Part shown: piece by piece, positions 35,173 through 48,955 of the stretch
How positions within the stretch are numbered: the stretch's first letter is position 1
How the letters are laid out: every line of letters starts with the position of its first letter
NCBI RefSeq assembly: GCF_050920415.1
Contig: NZ_CP169309.1
Length of the DNA stretch: 64,000 bases
Origin: Escherichia coli
GTDB lineage: Bacteria > Pseudomonadota > Gammaproteobacteria > Enterobacterales > Enterobacteriaceae
Reading direction: 5' to 3' (one strand)
The notes under the pieces: model-generated
What the model was told of the DNA's origin: nothing
The model's input: only the letters and a program-made list of their open reading frames with translations
Databases searched by the model: none
Program-made: the position numbers and the translations under genes

Positions 35173-35919
35173 ATGTTAAGTATTAAAGATTTACACGTCA
35201 GCGTGGAAGATAAAACTATCCTGCGCGGATTAAGCCTCGACGTTCGTCCCGGCGAAGTTCACGCCATTATGGGACCCAATGGTTCGGGGAAAAGTACCTT
35301 ATCGGCAACGCTTGCCGGACGCGAAGATTATGAAGTGACGGCTGGCACGGTTGAGTTTAAAGGCAAAGATTTGCTTGCGCTGTCGCCGGAAGAACGTGCA
35401 GGCGAAGGCATCTTTATGGCCTTCCAGTATCCGGTGGAAATACCCGGCGTCAGTAACCAGTTTTTCCTGCAAACGGCACTTAATGCGGTACGCAGCTATC
35501 GCGGCCAGGAAACGCTCGACCGCTTTGATTTTCAGGATTTGATGGAAGAGAAAATCGCTCTTCTGAAAATGCCGGAAGATTTATTAACGCGTTCGGTAAA
35601 CGTTGGTTTTTCCGGCGGCGAGAAAAAGCGCAACGATATTTTGCAAATGGCGGTGTTGGAACCGGAGTTATGCATTCTTGATGAGTCGGACTCCGGGCTG
35701 GATATTGACGCATTAAAAGTGGTTGCCGATGGCGTGAACTCGCTGCGTGACGGCAAGCGTTCATTCATCATTGTTACGCACTACCAACGCATTCTCGACT
35801 ACATCAAGCCTGATTACGTCCATGTGCTGTATCAGGGACGAATTGTGAAATCCGGCGATTTCACGTTGGTCAAACAACTGGAGGAGCAGGGTTATGGCTG
35901 GCTTACCGAACAGCAGTAA
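35173..35919 (+). CDS. sufC: Fe-S cluster assembly ATPase SufC
   Basis: 248 aa, Walker A GPNGSGKST; 3' end overlaps sufD by 26 nt. Confidence 0.97.
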   Translation: MLSIKDLHVSVEDKTILRGLSLDVRPGEVHAIMGPNGSGKSTLSATLAGREDYEVTAGTVEFKGKDLLALSPEERAGEGIFMAFQYPVEIPGVSNQFFLQTALNAVRSYRGQETLDRFDFQDLMEEKIALLKMPEDLLTRSVNVGFSGGEKKRNDILQMAVLEPELCILDESDSGLDIDALKVVADGVNSLRDGKRSFIIVTHYQRILDYIKPDYVHVLYQGRIVKSGDFTLVKQLEEQGYGWLTEQQ

Positions 35920-37165
35920 CGCGCTGCAACAGTGGCATCACTTGTTTGAAGCCGAGGGTGCAAAACGCTCCCCGCAAGCACAGCAGCATTTACAACAATT
36001 GCTGCGTACCGGACTGCCGACACGTAAACATGAAAACTGGAAATATACGCCGCTGGAAGGGCTGACCAATAGCCAGTTTGTCAGTATTGCGGGGGAGATA
36101 TCCCCACAGCAGCGTGATGCCTTAGCGTTAACGTTAGACGCCGTGCGGCTGGTGTTTGTCGATGGACGTTACGTGCCCGCGCTGAGCGATGCAACTGAAG
36201 GCAGCGGATATGAAGTGAGCATTAACGATGACCGCCAGGGGTTACCCGACGCTATTCAGACGGAAGTGTTTCTGCATTTGACGGAAAGCCTGGCGCAAAG
36301 CGTGACGCATATCGCCGTGAAGCGCGGTCAACGACCGGCAAAGCCATTGCTGTTAATGCATATTACCCAGGGCGTGGCAGGTGAAGAGGTGAACACTGCC
36401 CATTACCGACATCATCTGGATCTGGCGGAAGGTGCCGAAGCGACGGTGATCGAACATTTTGTCAGCCTTAATGATGCTCGTCATTTCACCGGAGCGCGCT
36501 TTACCATCAATGTCGCAGCGAACGCCCACTTGCAGCATATCAAGCTGGCGTTTGAAAACCCGGTCAGTCACCACTTTGCCCATAACGATTTGTTGCTGGC
36601 TGACGATGCTACCGCATTTAGCCACAGTTTCCTGCTTGGTGGCGCAGTGTTACGACACAACACCAGTACGCAACTCAATGGCGAAAACAGCACGCTGCGG
36701 ATCAATAGTCTGGTGATGCCGGTGAAAAACGAGGTGTGTGATACCCGTACCTGGCTGGAACACAATAAAGGTTTTTGTAACAGCCGACAGTTGCACAAAA
36801 CTATCGTCAGCGATAAAGGCCGCGCGGTATTTAACGGTTTGATCAACGTCGCGCAGCACGCCATCAAAACGGATGGTCAGATGACCAACAATAATCTGCT
36901 GATGGGCAAACTGGCAGAAGTGGATACGAAACCGCAGCTGGAAATCTATGCAGATGATGTGAAATGCAGCCACGGCGCGACGGTGGGGCGTATTGATGAT
37001 GAACAGATGTTCTATCTGCGCTCGCGTGGGATCAATCAGCAGGATGCCCAGCAGATGATCATTTACGCCTTTGCTGCCGAACTGACGGAAGCACTGCGTG
37101 ATGAGGGGCTTAAACAGCAGGTGCTGGCCCGAATCGGTCAACGACTGCCAGGAGGTGCAAGATGA
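35894..37165 (+). CDS. sufD: Fe-S cluster assembly protein SufD
   Basis: 423 aa, ATG 35894; stop overlaps sufS start (ATGA). Confidence 0.95.
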   Translation: MAGLPNSSNALQQWHHLFEAEGAKRSPQAQQHLQQLLRTGLPTRKHENWKYTPLEGLTNSQFVSIAGEISPQQRDALALTLDAVRLVFVDGRYVPALSDATEGSGYEVSINDDRQGLPDAIQTEVFLHLTESLAQSVTHIAVKRGQRPAKPLLLMHITQGVAGEEVNTAHYRHHLDLAEGAEATVIEHFVSLNDARHFTGARFTINVAANAHLQHIKLAFENPVSHHFAHNDLLLADDATAFSHSFLLGGAVLRHNTSTQLNGENSTLRINSLVMPVKNEVCDTRTWLEHNKGFCNSRQLHKTIVSDKGRAVFNGLINVAQHAIKTDGQMTNNNLLMGKLAEVDTKPQLEIYADDVKCSHGATVGRIDDEQMFYLRSRGINQQDAQQMIIYAFAAELTEALRDEGLKQQVLARIGQRLPGGAR

Positions 37166-38382
37166 CTTTTTCCGTCGACAAAGTGCGGGCCGACTTTCCG
37201 GTGCTTTCTCGTGAGGTAAACGGTTTGCCGCTGGCTTATCTCGACAGCGCCGCCAGTGCGCAGAAACCAAGCCAGGTGATTGACGCCGAGGCCGAGTTTT
37301 ATCGTCATGGCTACGCGGCGGTGCATCGCGGTATTCATACCTTAAGCGCCCAGGCGACCGAGAAAATGGAGAACGTGCGCAAGCGTGCTTCGCTGTTTAT
37401 CAATGCCCGTTCCGCGGAAGAATTGGTGTTTGTCCGCGGCACCACGGAAGGCATTAACCTGGTCGCCAATAGCTGGGGCAACAGCAACGTGCGAGCGGGC
37501 GATAACATCATCATCAGCCAGATGGAGCACCACGCTAACATTGTTCCCTGGCAAATGCTTTGCGCGCGAGTGGGTGCAGAGCTGCGTGTGATTCCTCTCA
37601 ACCCCGACGGTACGTTGCAGCTGGAGATACTGCCTAATCTGTTCGATGAGAAAACTCGCCTGCTGGCAATTACCCATGTCTCCAACGTGCTTGGGACAGA
37701 AAATCCGCTGGCCGAGATGATCACCCTTGCACACCAACATGGCGCAAAAGTACTGGTGGATGGCGCTCAGGCGGTGATGCATCATCCGGTGGACGTTCAG
37801 GCGCTGGATTGCGATTTTTACGTGTTCTCCGGGCATAAACTGTATGGCCCCACTGGAATTGGCATTCTTTATGTCAAAGAAGCCTTGTTGCAGGAGATGC
37901 CGCCGTGGGAAGGGGGCGGTTCTATGATCGCCACCGTAAGCCTGAGTGAAGGCACTACCTGGACTAAAGCACCGTGGCGGTTTGAAGCCGGTACACCCAA
38001 TACCGGAGGTATCATTGGTCTTGGCGCGGCACTCGAGTATGTTTCGGGGCTGGGGCTTAATAACATAGCCGAGTATGAACAGAATCTGATGCATTACGCG
38101 CTGTCACAGCTGGAATCTGTACCGGATCTCACTCTCTATGGTCCCCAGAACAGACTTGGCGTTATTGCTTTTAATCTTGGTAAACACCACGCCTATGATG
38201 TTGGCAGTTTTCTCGATAATTACGGCATTGCTGTGCGTACCGGCCATCACTGCGCTATGCCATTAATGGCCTATTACAACGTTCCTGCCATGTGTCGGGC
38301 GTCGCTGGCTATGTATAACACCCATGAAGAAGTGGATCGTCTGGTGACCGGCCTGCAACGTATTCACCGTCTGCTGGGATAA
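37162..38382 (+). CDS. sufS: Cysteine desulfurase SufS (PLP-dependent)
   Basis: 406 aa, RBS ggaggt upstream, sequence recognised as SufS. Confidence 0.97.
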   Translation: MTFSVDKVRADFPVLSREVNGLPLAYLDSAASAQKPSQVIDAEAEFYRHGYAAVHRGIHTLSAQATEKMENVRKRASLFINARSAEELVFVRGTTEGINLVANSWGNSNVRAGDNIIISQMEHHANIVPWQMLCARVGAELRVIPLNPDGTLQLEILPNLFDEKTRLLAITHVSNVLGTENPLAEMITLAHQHGAKVLVDGAQAVMHHPVDVQALDCDFYVFSGHKLYGPTGIGILYVKEALLQEMPPWEGGGSMIATVSLSEGTTWTKAPWRFEAGTPNTGGIIGLGAALEYVSGLGLNNIAEYEQNLMHYALSQLESVPDLTLYGPQNRLGVIAFNLGKHHAYDVGSFLDNYGIAVRTGHHCAMPLMAYYNVPAMCRASLAMYNTHEEVDRLVTGLQRIHRLLG

Positions 38383-38394
38383 CAGGGAGGCACT

Positions 38395-38811
38395 ATGGCT
38401 GTATTGCCGGATAAAGAAAAATTGCTGCGTAATTTTTTACGCTGCGCCAATTGGGAAGAGAAATATCTCTACATTATTGAGCTGGGCCAACGTCTGCCAG
38501 AATTACGCGACGAAGACAGAAGCCCACAAAATAGCATTCAGGGCTGCCAGAGTCAGGTGTGGATTGTCATGCGCCAGAATGCGCAGGGAATTATTGAATT
38601 GCAGGGCGACAGCGATGCGGCGATTGTGAAAGGGCTTATTGCGGTGGTCTTAATACTCTACGATCAGATGACGCCGCAGGATATTGTCAATTTCGATGTG
38701 CGTCCGTGGTTTGAAAAAATGGCGCTCACCCAACATCTCACCCCATCTCGTTCACAAGGTCTGGAAGCGATGATTCGCGCAATTCGCGCCAAAGCCGCTG
38801 CACTTAGCTAA
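38395..38811 (+). CDS. sufE: Sulfur acceptor SufE
   Basis: 138 aa, RBS gggagg upstream of ATG 38395. Confidence 0.95.
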   Translation: MAVLPDKEKLLRNFLRCANWEEKYLYIIELGQRLPELRDEDRSPQNSIQGCQSQVWIVMRQNAQGIIELQGDSDAAIVKGLIAVVLILYDQMTPQDIVNFDVRPWFEKMALTQHLTPSRSQGLEAMIRAIRAKAAALS

Positions 38812-38959
38812 ACTAAAGGGACAGCTTTCATCCGGTTGGCTCACATTGCCGGGTGGTCAATGTTTACACTGGCCTGCACAGGAGTGTTTTGGTTTCAGGT
38901 GAACATAAGCGCCATCCGACGTTTCAGCGTGAGTCTCCGGCAAATACAGGAGGTTTACA

Positions 38960-39964
38960 ATGAAACGCGCGTCTTTGCTTACACTCACGCTTATCGGCGC
39001 TTTTAGCGCCATTCAGGCTGCCTGGGCGGTTGATTATCCGCTACCACCAACCGGAAGCCGACTGGTTGGGCAAAATCAAACGTATACGGTGCAAGAAGGG
39101 GATAAAAACCTTCAGGCCATCGCCCGACGTTTTGATACTGCGGCAATGTTGATACTTGAAGCCAATAACACTATCGCCCCGGTGCCAAAACCTGGTACGA
39201 CGATAACTATTCCTTCGCAACTGTTATTGCCTGATGCGCCGCGTCAGGGGATTATCGTTAACCTTGCAGAGCTGCGCCTTTATTATTATCCGCCGGGAGA
39301 AAATATCGTGCAGGTCTATCCGATAGGTATTGGTTTGCAGGGGCTGGAAACGCCGGTGATGGAAACGCGTGTGGGACAGAAAATCCCTAATCCAACCTGG
39401 ACGCCAACGGCGGGCATTCGTCAGCGTTCGCTGGAGCGTGGCATTAAATTACCGCCCGTCGTTCCTGCCGGGCCAAATAACCCGCTAGGACGTTACGCAC
39501 TGCGCCTCGCGCATGGTAATGGCGAATACCTCATTCATGGCACCAGTGCGCCGGACAGCGTCGGTTTGCGCGTCAGTTCAGGGTGTATTCGCATGAATGC
39601 ACCGGATATTAAAGCCTTGTTCTCCAGCGTGCGGACGGGAACGCCGGTGAAAGTGATCAACGAACCGGTGAAATATTCTGTGGAGCCTAACGGGATGCGT
39701 TATGTGGAAGTGCATCGACCACTATCAGCAGAAGAACAGCAGAACGTTCAGACAATGCCTTACACACTGCCAGCAGGCTTCACGCAATTTAAAGATAATA
39801 AGGCTGTAGACCAGAAGTTAGTCGATAAAGCGTTGTATCGTCGGGCAGGGTATCCAGTTGCCGTGAGCACTGGCGCAACGCCTGTAGCCAGCAATGCGCC
39901 TTCAGTAGATTCAGCGCAGAATGGTGAACCAGAGCAAGGGAATATGTTACGCGCGACGCAGTAG
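38960..39964 (+). CDS. ldtE: L,D-transpeptidase (YnhG/LdtE)
   Basis: 334 aa with signal peptide and YkuD-type active site (SSGCIRM); RBS aggagg upstream. Confidence 0.92.
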   Translation: MKRASLLTLTLIGAFSAIQAAWAVDYPLPPTGSRLVGQNQTYTVQEGDKNLQAIARRFDTAAMLILEANNTIAPVPKPGTTITIPSQLLLPDAPRQGIIVNLAELRLYYYPPGENIVQVYPIGIGLQGLETPVMETRVGQKIPNPTWTPTAGIRQRSLERGIKLPPVVPAGPNNPLGRYALRLAHGNGEYLIHGTSAPDSVGLRVSSGCIRMNAPDIKALFSSVRTGTPVKVINEPVKYSVEPNGMRYVEVHRPLSAEEQQNVQTMPYTLPAGFTQFKDNKAVDQKLVDKALYRRAGYPVAVSTGATPVASNAPSVDSAQNGEPEQGNMLRATQ

Positions 39965-39979
39965 CGGTAAATGGCAGGC

Positions 39980-40011
39980 AAAAAAATGGCGCACAATGTG
40001 CGCCATTTTTC
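39980..40011 (-). terminator. Bidirectional Rho-independent terminator (lpp terminator)
   Basis: Perfect palindrome atggcgcacaatgtgcgccat flanked by an A-tract and a T-tract, between convergent ldtE and lpp. Confidence 0.85.
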
Positions 40012-40026
40012 ACTTCACAGGTACTA

Positions 40027-40275
<249 letters not shown>

Positions 40276-40517
40276 CTAGATTGAGTTAATCTCCATGTAG
40301 CGTTACAAGTATTACACAAAGTTTTTTATGTTGAGAATATTTTTTTTATGGGAAGGCACTTATTTTTGATCGTTCGCTCAAAGAAGCATCGAACGCTGGG
40401 TTTTAGATAAAAAAATTGAGAGAAAACAGGATGCTTCCATCGGATTCATCTTAGATAAAGTGGGATTATATAGTGAAATCCGATTTGATTTTTTATTGCT
40501 TCTGGTTATCGATTAAA

Positions 40518-40545
40518 TAAAAAAAGCGCCCATCAGGGCGCTTCG
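40518..40545 (-). terminator. Rho-independent terminator of pykF
   Basis: On the minus strand: stem gcgccctgatgggcgc followed by a T-tract, just after the pykF stop. Confidence 0.75.
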
Positions 40546-40573
40546 ATATACAAATTAATTCACAAAAGCAATA

Positions 40574-41986
40574 TTACAGGACGTGAACAGATGCGGTGTT
40601 AGTAGTGCCGCTCGGTACCAGTGCACCAGAAACCATAACTACGACGTCACCTTTGTGTGCCAGACCGCTCTGCAGAGCCAGTTCTTTACCCAGACGGTAG
40701 AAATCATCAGTAGAAGTGATTTCTTTAACCAACTGCGGCACAACGCCTTTGCTCAGTACCAACTGATGAGCCGTTTTTTCGTTGGTGGTCAGTGCCAGGA
40801 TGGTGGCATCCGGGAAGTATTTACGTACTGCACGAGCAGATTTACCGCCCTGGGTAGCAACCACGATCAGCGGAGCATCCAGTTTTTCAGCAGTTTCAAC
40901 CGCGCCACGGCATACTGCTTCGGTAATGCGCAGTTTACGGTTGTCATTGTTGAACTCGAGACGGCTGTTCATAACGCGGTCGGTACGTTCGCAGATGGTC
41001 GCCATGATAGAAACTGCTTCCAACGGGTATTTACCTTTTGCGGATTCACCAGACAGCATTACTGCGTCAGTACCGTCGAGGATGGCGTTCGCAACGTCAC
41101 CGGCTTCTGCGCGAGTCGGGCGTGGGTTTTTGATCATTGAATCGAGCATCTGGGTCGCAGTGATAACGACTTTACGTGCACGGATACATTTTTCGATCAT
41201 CATCTTCTGGGCGAAGATAACTTCTTCTACCGGGATTTCTACACCCAGGTCGCCACGCGCAACCATGATGCCGTCAGAGGCTTCGAGGATTTCGTCGAAG
41301 TTGTTGAGGCCTTCCTGGTTTTCGATTTTGGAGATGATTTGGATGTTTTCACCACCGTGTGCTTTCAGATGTTCACGGATTTCGATAACGTCAGAACGCT
41401 TACGAATAAAGGAAGCAGCAACAAAGTCTACGCCTTGTTCGCAACCGAAGATCAGGTCTTGTTTGTCTTTTTCAGCCAGTGCTGGCAGGGCAATAGAAAC
41501 ACCCGGCAGGTTCACACCTTTGTTTTCGCCCAGGTCGCCGTTGTTCAGCACTTTACAGATAACTTTGTTACCTTCAATGGCGGTAACTTCCATACCGATC
41601 AGACCATCGTCAACCAGTACGGTGTTGCCAACAGACAGGTCAGTAGTGAAACCTTCATACGTTACCGCAACCATTTCGCTGTTGCCGATAACAGATTTAT
41701 CAGTGGTGAAAGTAAAGGTCTGACCCGCTTTCAGAGAAACGTCGTTACCGCCTTCCAGTTTCATGGTGCGGATTTCCGGACCTTTGGTATCAAGCAGGAT
41801 AGCGGCGGTTTTACCGGTTTTGCTCATCACGTTGCGCAGATTCTGAATGCGCTGACCGTGTTCTGCATAGTCACCATGAGAGAAGTTCAGACGCATAACG
41901 TTCATGCCAGCGTCCAGCATTTTAGCTAACATCTCTTCAGATTCGGTTTTCGGTCCGATGGTGCAAACAATTTTGGTCTTTTTCAT
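40574..41986 (-). CDS. pykF: Pyruvate kinase I (FBP-activated)
   Basis: 470 aa from ATG 41986 ([40 protein letters not shown]); the 72-codon ORF-track extension is rejected. Confidence 0.97.
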
Positions 41987-42191
41987 GACAGTCTTAGTCT
42001 TTAAGTTGAGAAGGATGGGAGAAACTTGCTTTCTGGGCGCACTGCCGGAAAGCGAATTCGGTATTACGAAAGTGGTGGTGCCTCGCTCTAAGGATAGGTG
42101 ACATCGAAAAAGCGTGCAGAGGAATGTGTGCTTGTGTCTCAGCCCAACGTGAGTGCCTGTTTTTGAGTCGTTGAGTTCTACAGTCCAAAGT

Positions 42192-42207
42192 GCTGAAACC
42201 ATTCAAG
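42192..42207 (+). promoter_or_regulatory. Cra (FruR)-like operator upstream of pykF
   Basis: gctgaaaccattcaag resembles the Cra consensus (TGAAWC...TTCA); about 210 bp upstream of the pykF ATG. Confidence 0.4.
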
Positions 42208-42542
42208 AGTCAATTGGCGCGCATTATACGCTGAAATTAATCCAAAAGGAAAACAAAAACAGCGTTTCAAAAAATATACAACTCGTTAGACAATAAATTG
42301 TTATCAAAGATTTAACGTTCCAGGGAAAACGTTACGCAAAAACTTCGCTGTTTGCGCAACGTCTGGAGTCAGATTTGTCAGTGTGAGGACGAGTGAAAAT
42401 TCATTAGGTGTACAAATACATCATCGCTAAATTGCTTCAGTTAAAATAATTTATCGCGTTATTTGTATGATTTTCTTTGGTTTTTGTTTAATTGGTTAGA
42501 TTGATATATGCTGATAGTTGGCATGATAAATAGGTATAAAGA

Positions 42543-42752
42543 ATGGGAAACCGGACAAAAGAGGATGAACTGTACCGAGAAATGTGCAGAGTTGTCGGTA
42601 AAGTTGTGCTGGAAATGCGCGATCTGGGGCAGGAACCAAAGCATATTGTTATCGCAGGCGTATTACGTACAGCATTAGCCAATAAACGCATTCAGCGCAG
42701 TGAGCTGGAAAAGCAGGCGATGGAAACCGTCATTAACGCACTGGTTAAATGA
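42543..42752 (+). CDS. fumD: Small protein YdhZ (fumarase D)
   Basis: 69 aa, MGNRTKEDELYREMCRVVGKVVLEMRDLGQEP recognised as YdhZ. Confidence 0.8.
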   Translation: MGNRTKEDELYREMCRVVGKVVLEMRDLGQEPKHIVIAGVLRTALANKRIQRSELEKQAMETVINALVK

Positions 42753-42992
42753 CCATTCAGGATGAGGCGGTAAGCTTCATCCTGATATTCTTAGTTCAGT
42801 TGCAGTCCAGTTAATCATTCTAAATAACAACTGCTGAAATTATACAAATTTCGGTATGTATTTTAATTTATAGCGCTAATGTTATTTTTATTTTCTGTAA
42901 TAAAAGTCACAAATAATTGTCGCTTAAGTTAAATTTATTTTAAATGATAATAAATATCAGTTCACTTATAATTTCTTGCTTTGTGATTTTAA

Positions 42993-43006
42993 TTGATAAC
43001 GATCAA
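42993..43006 (+). promoter_or_regulatory. FNR box upstream of the ydhY operon
   Basis: ttgataacgatcaa is a perfect match to the FNR consensus TTGAT-N4-ATCAA, in the AT-rich spacer about 200 bp upstream of the ydhY ATG. Confidence 0.7.
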
Positions 43007-43207
43007 TGTTAAGAGCTCAGAATAATCACATTATTTTTCCTCCTAACCATAAAGGATTAGTTTATCAGCGTTAAATCTTTTCTCATACACTATCGGGTTA
43101 GGGAAAATATCTGGTGTTGGGGACAGAGTCAGCAGCGTATTAGTTGAATGCTTAATATCAGGCTGCTGAATTGTCAGCACTGTGTTTGCGAAGAGGATGC
43201 GAAATAA

Positions 43208-45957
<2,750 letters not shown>

Positions 45958-45960
45958 GGA

Positions 45961-46620
45961 ATGGGTGAGATGAACCATCAGGATGTCTTGCCGTTAGCGG
46001 AAGTCAGCGAAATTGACGAGGCGAAGCGGCAATGGTTGCAGGGGATGCGCCACCCCGTTGATACGGTAAGTGAAGACATCACAGAACCAGAACCTGCTGA
46101 AATCCTGGCAGAGTTCATTCGCCAGCATTCTGCGGCTGGGCAGTTGGTGGCGCACGCCGTGTTTCTCTCGCCACCCTATTCGGTTGCAGAAGAGGAACTG
46201 TCAGTTTTGCTGGAAAACATTAAGCAGAACGGAGACTACGCGGATATCGCGTGTATGACGGGAAGCCAGGATGATTACTATTACTCAACGCAGGCCATGA
46301 GTGAAAACTACGCGGCGATGTCTTTGCAAGTTGTGGAGCAGGACATTTGTCGCGCTATTGCACACGCCGTTCGTTTTGAGTGCCAGACATATCCCCGTCC
46401 TTACAAAGTCGCCATGCTGATGCAAGCGCCATATTACTTCCAGGAAGCGCAGATTGAAGCCGCGATCGCCGCGATGGATGTTGCACCTGAATATGCCGAT
46501 ATACGGCAGGTGGAGTCATCGACGGCGGTGTTGTACTTGTTTAGCGAGCGATTTATGACCTATGGCAAAGCTTATGGCTTATGCGAATGGTTCGAGGTAG
46601 AGCAGTTTCAGAACCCCTGA
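45961..46620 (+). CDS. ydhW: Protein of unknown function YdhW
   Basis: About 216-219 aa acidic protein in operon position; the start may be ATG 45961 or 45970. Confidence 0.8.
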   Translation: MGEMNHQDVLPLAEVSEIDEAKRQWLQGMRHPVDTVSEDITEPEPAEILAEFIRQHSAAGQLVAHAVFLSPPYSVAEEELSVLLENIKQNGDYADIACMTGSQDDYYYSTQAMSENYAAMSLQVVEQDICRAIAHAVRFECQTYPRPYKVAMLMQAPYYFQEAQIEAAIAAMDVAPEYADIRQVESSTAVLYLFSERFMTYGKAYGLCEWFEVEQFQNP

Positions 46621-46683
46621 AATTTCAGGGAGATGTCATGGATAGGGTGGACAGTTGTAGCCACTGCATTAGGGGATAATCAG

Positions 46684-47352
46684 ATGTCCTTCACTCGACG
46701 CAAATTTGTTCTGGGGATGGGAACAGTAATCTTTTTTACTGGTTCAGCGTCTTCTCTGTTAGCGAACACGAGGCAAGAAAAGGAAGTTCGGTATGCCATG
46801 ATTCATGACGAGTCACGGTGCAATGGCTGTAATATTTGCGCCCGCGCATGCCGTAAAACCAATCATGTCCCCGCTCAGGGAAGCCGTTTATCGATAGCAC
46901 ACATACCGGTCACCGATAACGACAACGAAACGCAGTATCACTTTTTTCGCCAGTCATGCCAGCACTGTGAAGATGCTCCTTGCATCGACGTTTGCCCAAC
47001 AGGAGCGTCATGGCGTGATATGCAGGGGATCGTGCGGGTAGAAAAATCGCAGTGCATCGGCTGCAGTTATTGCATTGGCGCTTGCCCGTACCAGGTTCGC
47101 TACCTTAACCCTGTCACTAAAGTTGCAGATAAATGTGATTTCTGCGCTGAGTCCCGACTGGCAAAAGGCTTTCCGCCCATTTGCGTCAGCGCCTGTCCGG
47201 AACACGCATTGATCTTTGGTCGCGAAGATAGCCCAGAAATTCAGGCGTGGTTGCAGGAAAATAAATACTATCAATATCAGCTACCTGGTGCCGGGAAACC
47301 GCATCTGTATCGCCGATTCGGTCAACATTTGATTAAAAAGGAAAATGTATGA
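46684..47352 (+). CDS. ydhX: Tat-signal 4Fe-4S ferredoxin-like protein
   Basis: 222 aa from ATG 46684; twin-arginine motif TRRKFVLG; four Cys clusters; stop overlaps ydhU start (ATGA). Confidence 0.85.
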   Translation: MSFTRRKFVLGMGTVIFFTGSASSLLANTRQEKEVRYAMIHDESRCNGCNICARACRKTNHVPAQGSRLSIAHIPVTDNDNETQYHFFRQSCQHCEDAPCIDVCPTGASWRDMQGIVRVEKSQCIGCSYCIGACPYQVRYLNPVTKVADKCDFCAESRLAKGFPPICVSACPEHALIFGREDSPEIQAWLQENKYYQYQLPGAGKPHLYRRFGQHLIKKENV

Positions 47353-48134
47353 ACCCGTCGCAACATGCTGAACAGTTTCAGAGCCAGTTGGCGAACTATG
47401 TGCCACAGTTCACTCCCCAATTTTGGCCGGTGTGGTTGATCATTGCTGGACTATTGCTGGTAGGGATGTGGTTTGTGCTGGGGCTGCATGCCTTGCTTCG
47501 TGCTCGTGGCGTGAAGAAATCAGCCACCGACCATGGTGAGAAGGTTTATCTTTACAGCAAAGCGGTCAGATTATGGCACTGGTCGAATGCGTTACTCTTT
47601 GTATTGTTGCTGGCAAGTGGGCTGATAAATCACTTTGCGCTGGTGGGCGCAACTGCGGTTAAAAGTCTGGTTGCGGTGCATGAAGTTTGCGGATTTTTGT
47701 TACTGGCATGCTGGCTCGGCTTTGTTCTGATCAATGCCGTTGGGGGTAATGGTCACCACTATCGCATTCGTCGTCAGGGGTGGCTGGAGCGAGCGGCAAA
47801 ACAAACGCGATTCTATTTGTTTGGCATTATGCAGGGGGAAGAACATCCTTTCCCGGCAACAACCCAGTCTAAATTTAATCCCTTACAGCAGGTTGCCTAT
47901 ATTGGTGTCATGTATGGATTGCTGCCGTTGTTACTATTGACGGGGCTGCTGTGTCTCTATCCGCAAGCCGTGGGAGATGTGTTTCCTGGCGTAAGATACT
48001 GGTTATTGCAGGCGCATTTTGCTCTGGCATTTATAAGCCTCTTTTTTATCTTCGGTCATCTTTATCTTTGCACCACGGGGCGTACGCCACACGAAACCTT
48101 TAAAAGCATGGTCGATGGCTATCACCGGCACTAA
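47349..48134 (+). CDS. ydhU: Cytochrome b-type membrane anchor (PhsC-like)
   Basis: 261 aa with multiple hydrophobic helices and conserved His residues. Confidence 0.88.
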   Translation: MNPSQHAEQFQSQLANYVPQFTPQFWPVWLIIAGLLLVGMWFVLGLHALLRARGVKKSATDHGEKVYLYSKAVRLWHWSNALLFVLLLASGLINHFALVGATAVKSLVAVHEVCGFLLLACWLGFVLINAVGGNGHHYRIRRQGWLERAAKQTRFYLFGIMQGEEHPFPATTQSKFNPLQQVAYIGVMYGLLPLLLLTGLLCLYPQAVGDVFPGVRYWLLQAHFALAFISLFFIFGHLYLCTTGRTPHETFKSMVDGYHRH

Positions 48135-48137
48135 CGA

Positions 48138-48950
48138 ATGATCATTACACGAGCAGACCTGCGAGAATGGCGTATCGGAGCGGTGATGTATCGCTGGTTC
48201 CTGCGCCATTTCCCACGCGGCGGTAGTTATGCCGATATTCATCATGCACTTATTGAGGAAGGATATACGGACTGGGCGGAGAGTCTGGTTGAGTATGCGT
48301 GGAAAAAATGGCTGGCGGATGAAAACTTCGCGCATCAGGAAGTTTCTTCTATGCAAAAACTGGCCATAGATCCCGGAGATAGACCATTTTGCAGTCAGTT
48401 TGCCCGCAGCGACGATCATGCTCGCATCGGCTGTTGTGAGGATAATGCCAGAATCGCAACTGCTGGGTATGCCGCGCAAATTGCCAGTATGGGTTATAGC
48501 GTGCGGATTGGAAGTGTCGGCTTTAACAGTCACATTGGCAGCTCCGGTGAACGCGCACGGGTTGCTGTAACCGGTAATTCTTCGCGGATAAGCAGCGCTG
48601 GAGATAGTAGTCGGATTGCGAATACCGGAATGCGAGTACGCGTTTGCACATTGGGTGAACGGTGTCATGTCGCCAGTAATGGTGACCTGGTGCAAATCGC
48701 CAGCTTTGGCGCAAACGCCAGAATTGCCAACAGCGGCGACAATGTACACATCATTGCCAGCGGTGAAGATTCAACAATAGTGAGCACGGGCGTGGTCGAC
48801 TCAATTATTCTCGGGCCAGGGGGAAGCGCCGCACTGGCATATCATGACGGCGAAAGAGTTCGCTTCGCCGTCGCCATTGAAGGTGAAAACAATATTCGAG
48901 CCGGAGTCCGCTATCGCCTTAATGAACAGCATCAGTTTGTTGAGTGCTGA
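48138..48950 (+). CDS. ydhT: Protein YdhT with 9-residue tandem repeats
   Basis: 270 aa; residues ~91-226 form about 15 tandem nonapeptide repeats of type G-x-x-x-x-R-[IV]-[AG]-S. Confidence 0.85.
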   Translation: MIITRADLREWRIGAVMYRWFLRHFPRGGSYADIHHALIEEGYTDWAESLVEYAWKKWLADENFAHQEVSSMQKLAIDPGDRPFCSQFARSDDHARIGCCEDNARIATAGYAAQIASMGYSVRIGSVGFNSHIGSSGERARVAVTGNSSRISSAGDSSRIANTGMRVRVCTLGERCHVASNGDLVQIASFGANARIANSGDNVHIIASGEDSTIVSTGVVDSIILGPGGSAALAYHDGERVRFAVAIEGENNIRAGVRYRLNEQHQFVEC

Positions 48951-48955
48951 TAGCT

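Noticed and set aside
36650-38094. 206-aa and 250-aa minus-strand ORFs overlapping sufD and sufS
   Set aside because: Antisense to the translationally coupled suf genes; no independent start signals.
40782-41929. 313-aa and 196-aa plus-strand ORFs inside pykF
   Set aside because: Antisense to pykF, which is identified with certainty; Ser/Thr/Ala-rich translations typical of reverse-frame artefacts.
42753-43207. Very AT-rich 455-bp spacer between ydhZ and ydhY, considered as a possible horizontally acquired remnant or sRNA locus
   Set aside because: No ORF, no terminal repeats; it contains a perfect FNR box and looks like an extended, nucleoid-protein-bound promoter region for the ydhY operon.
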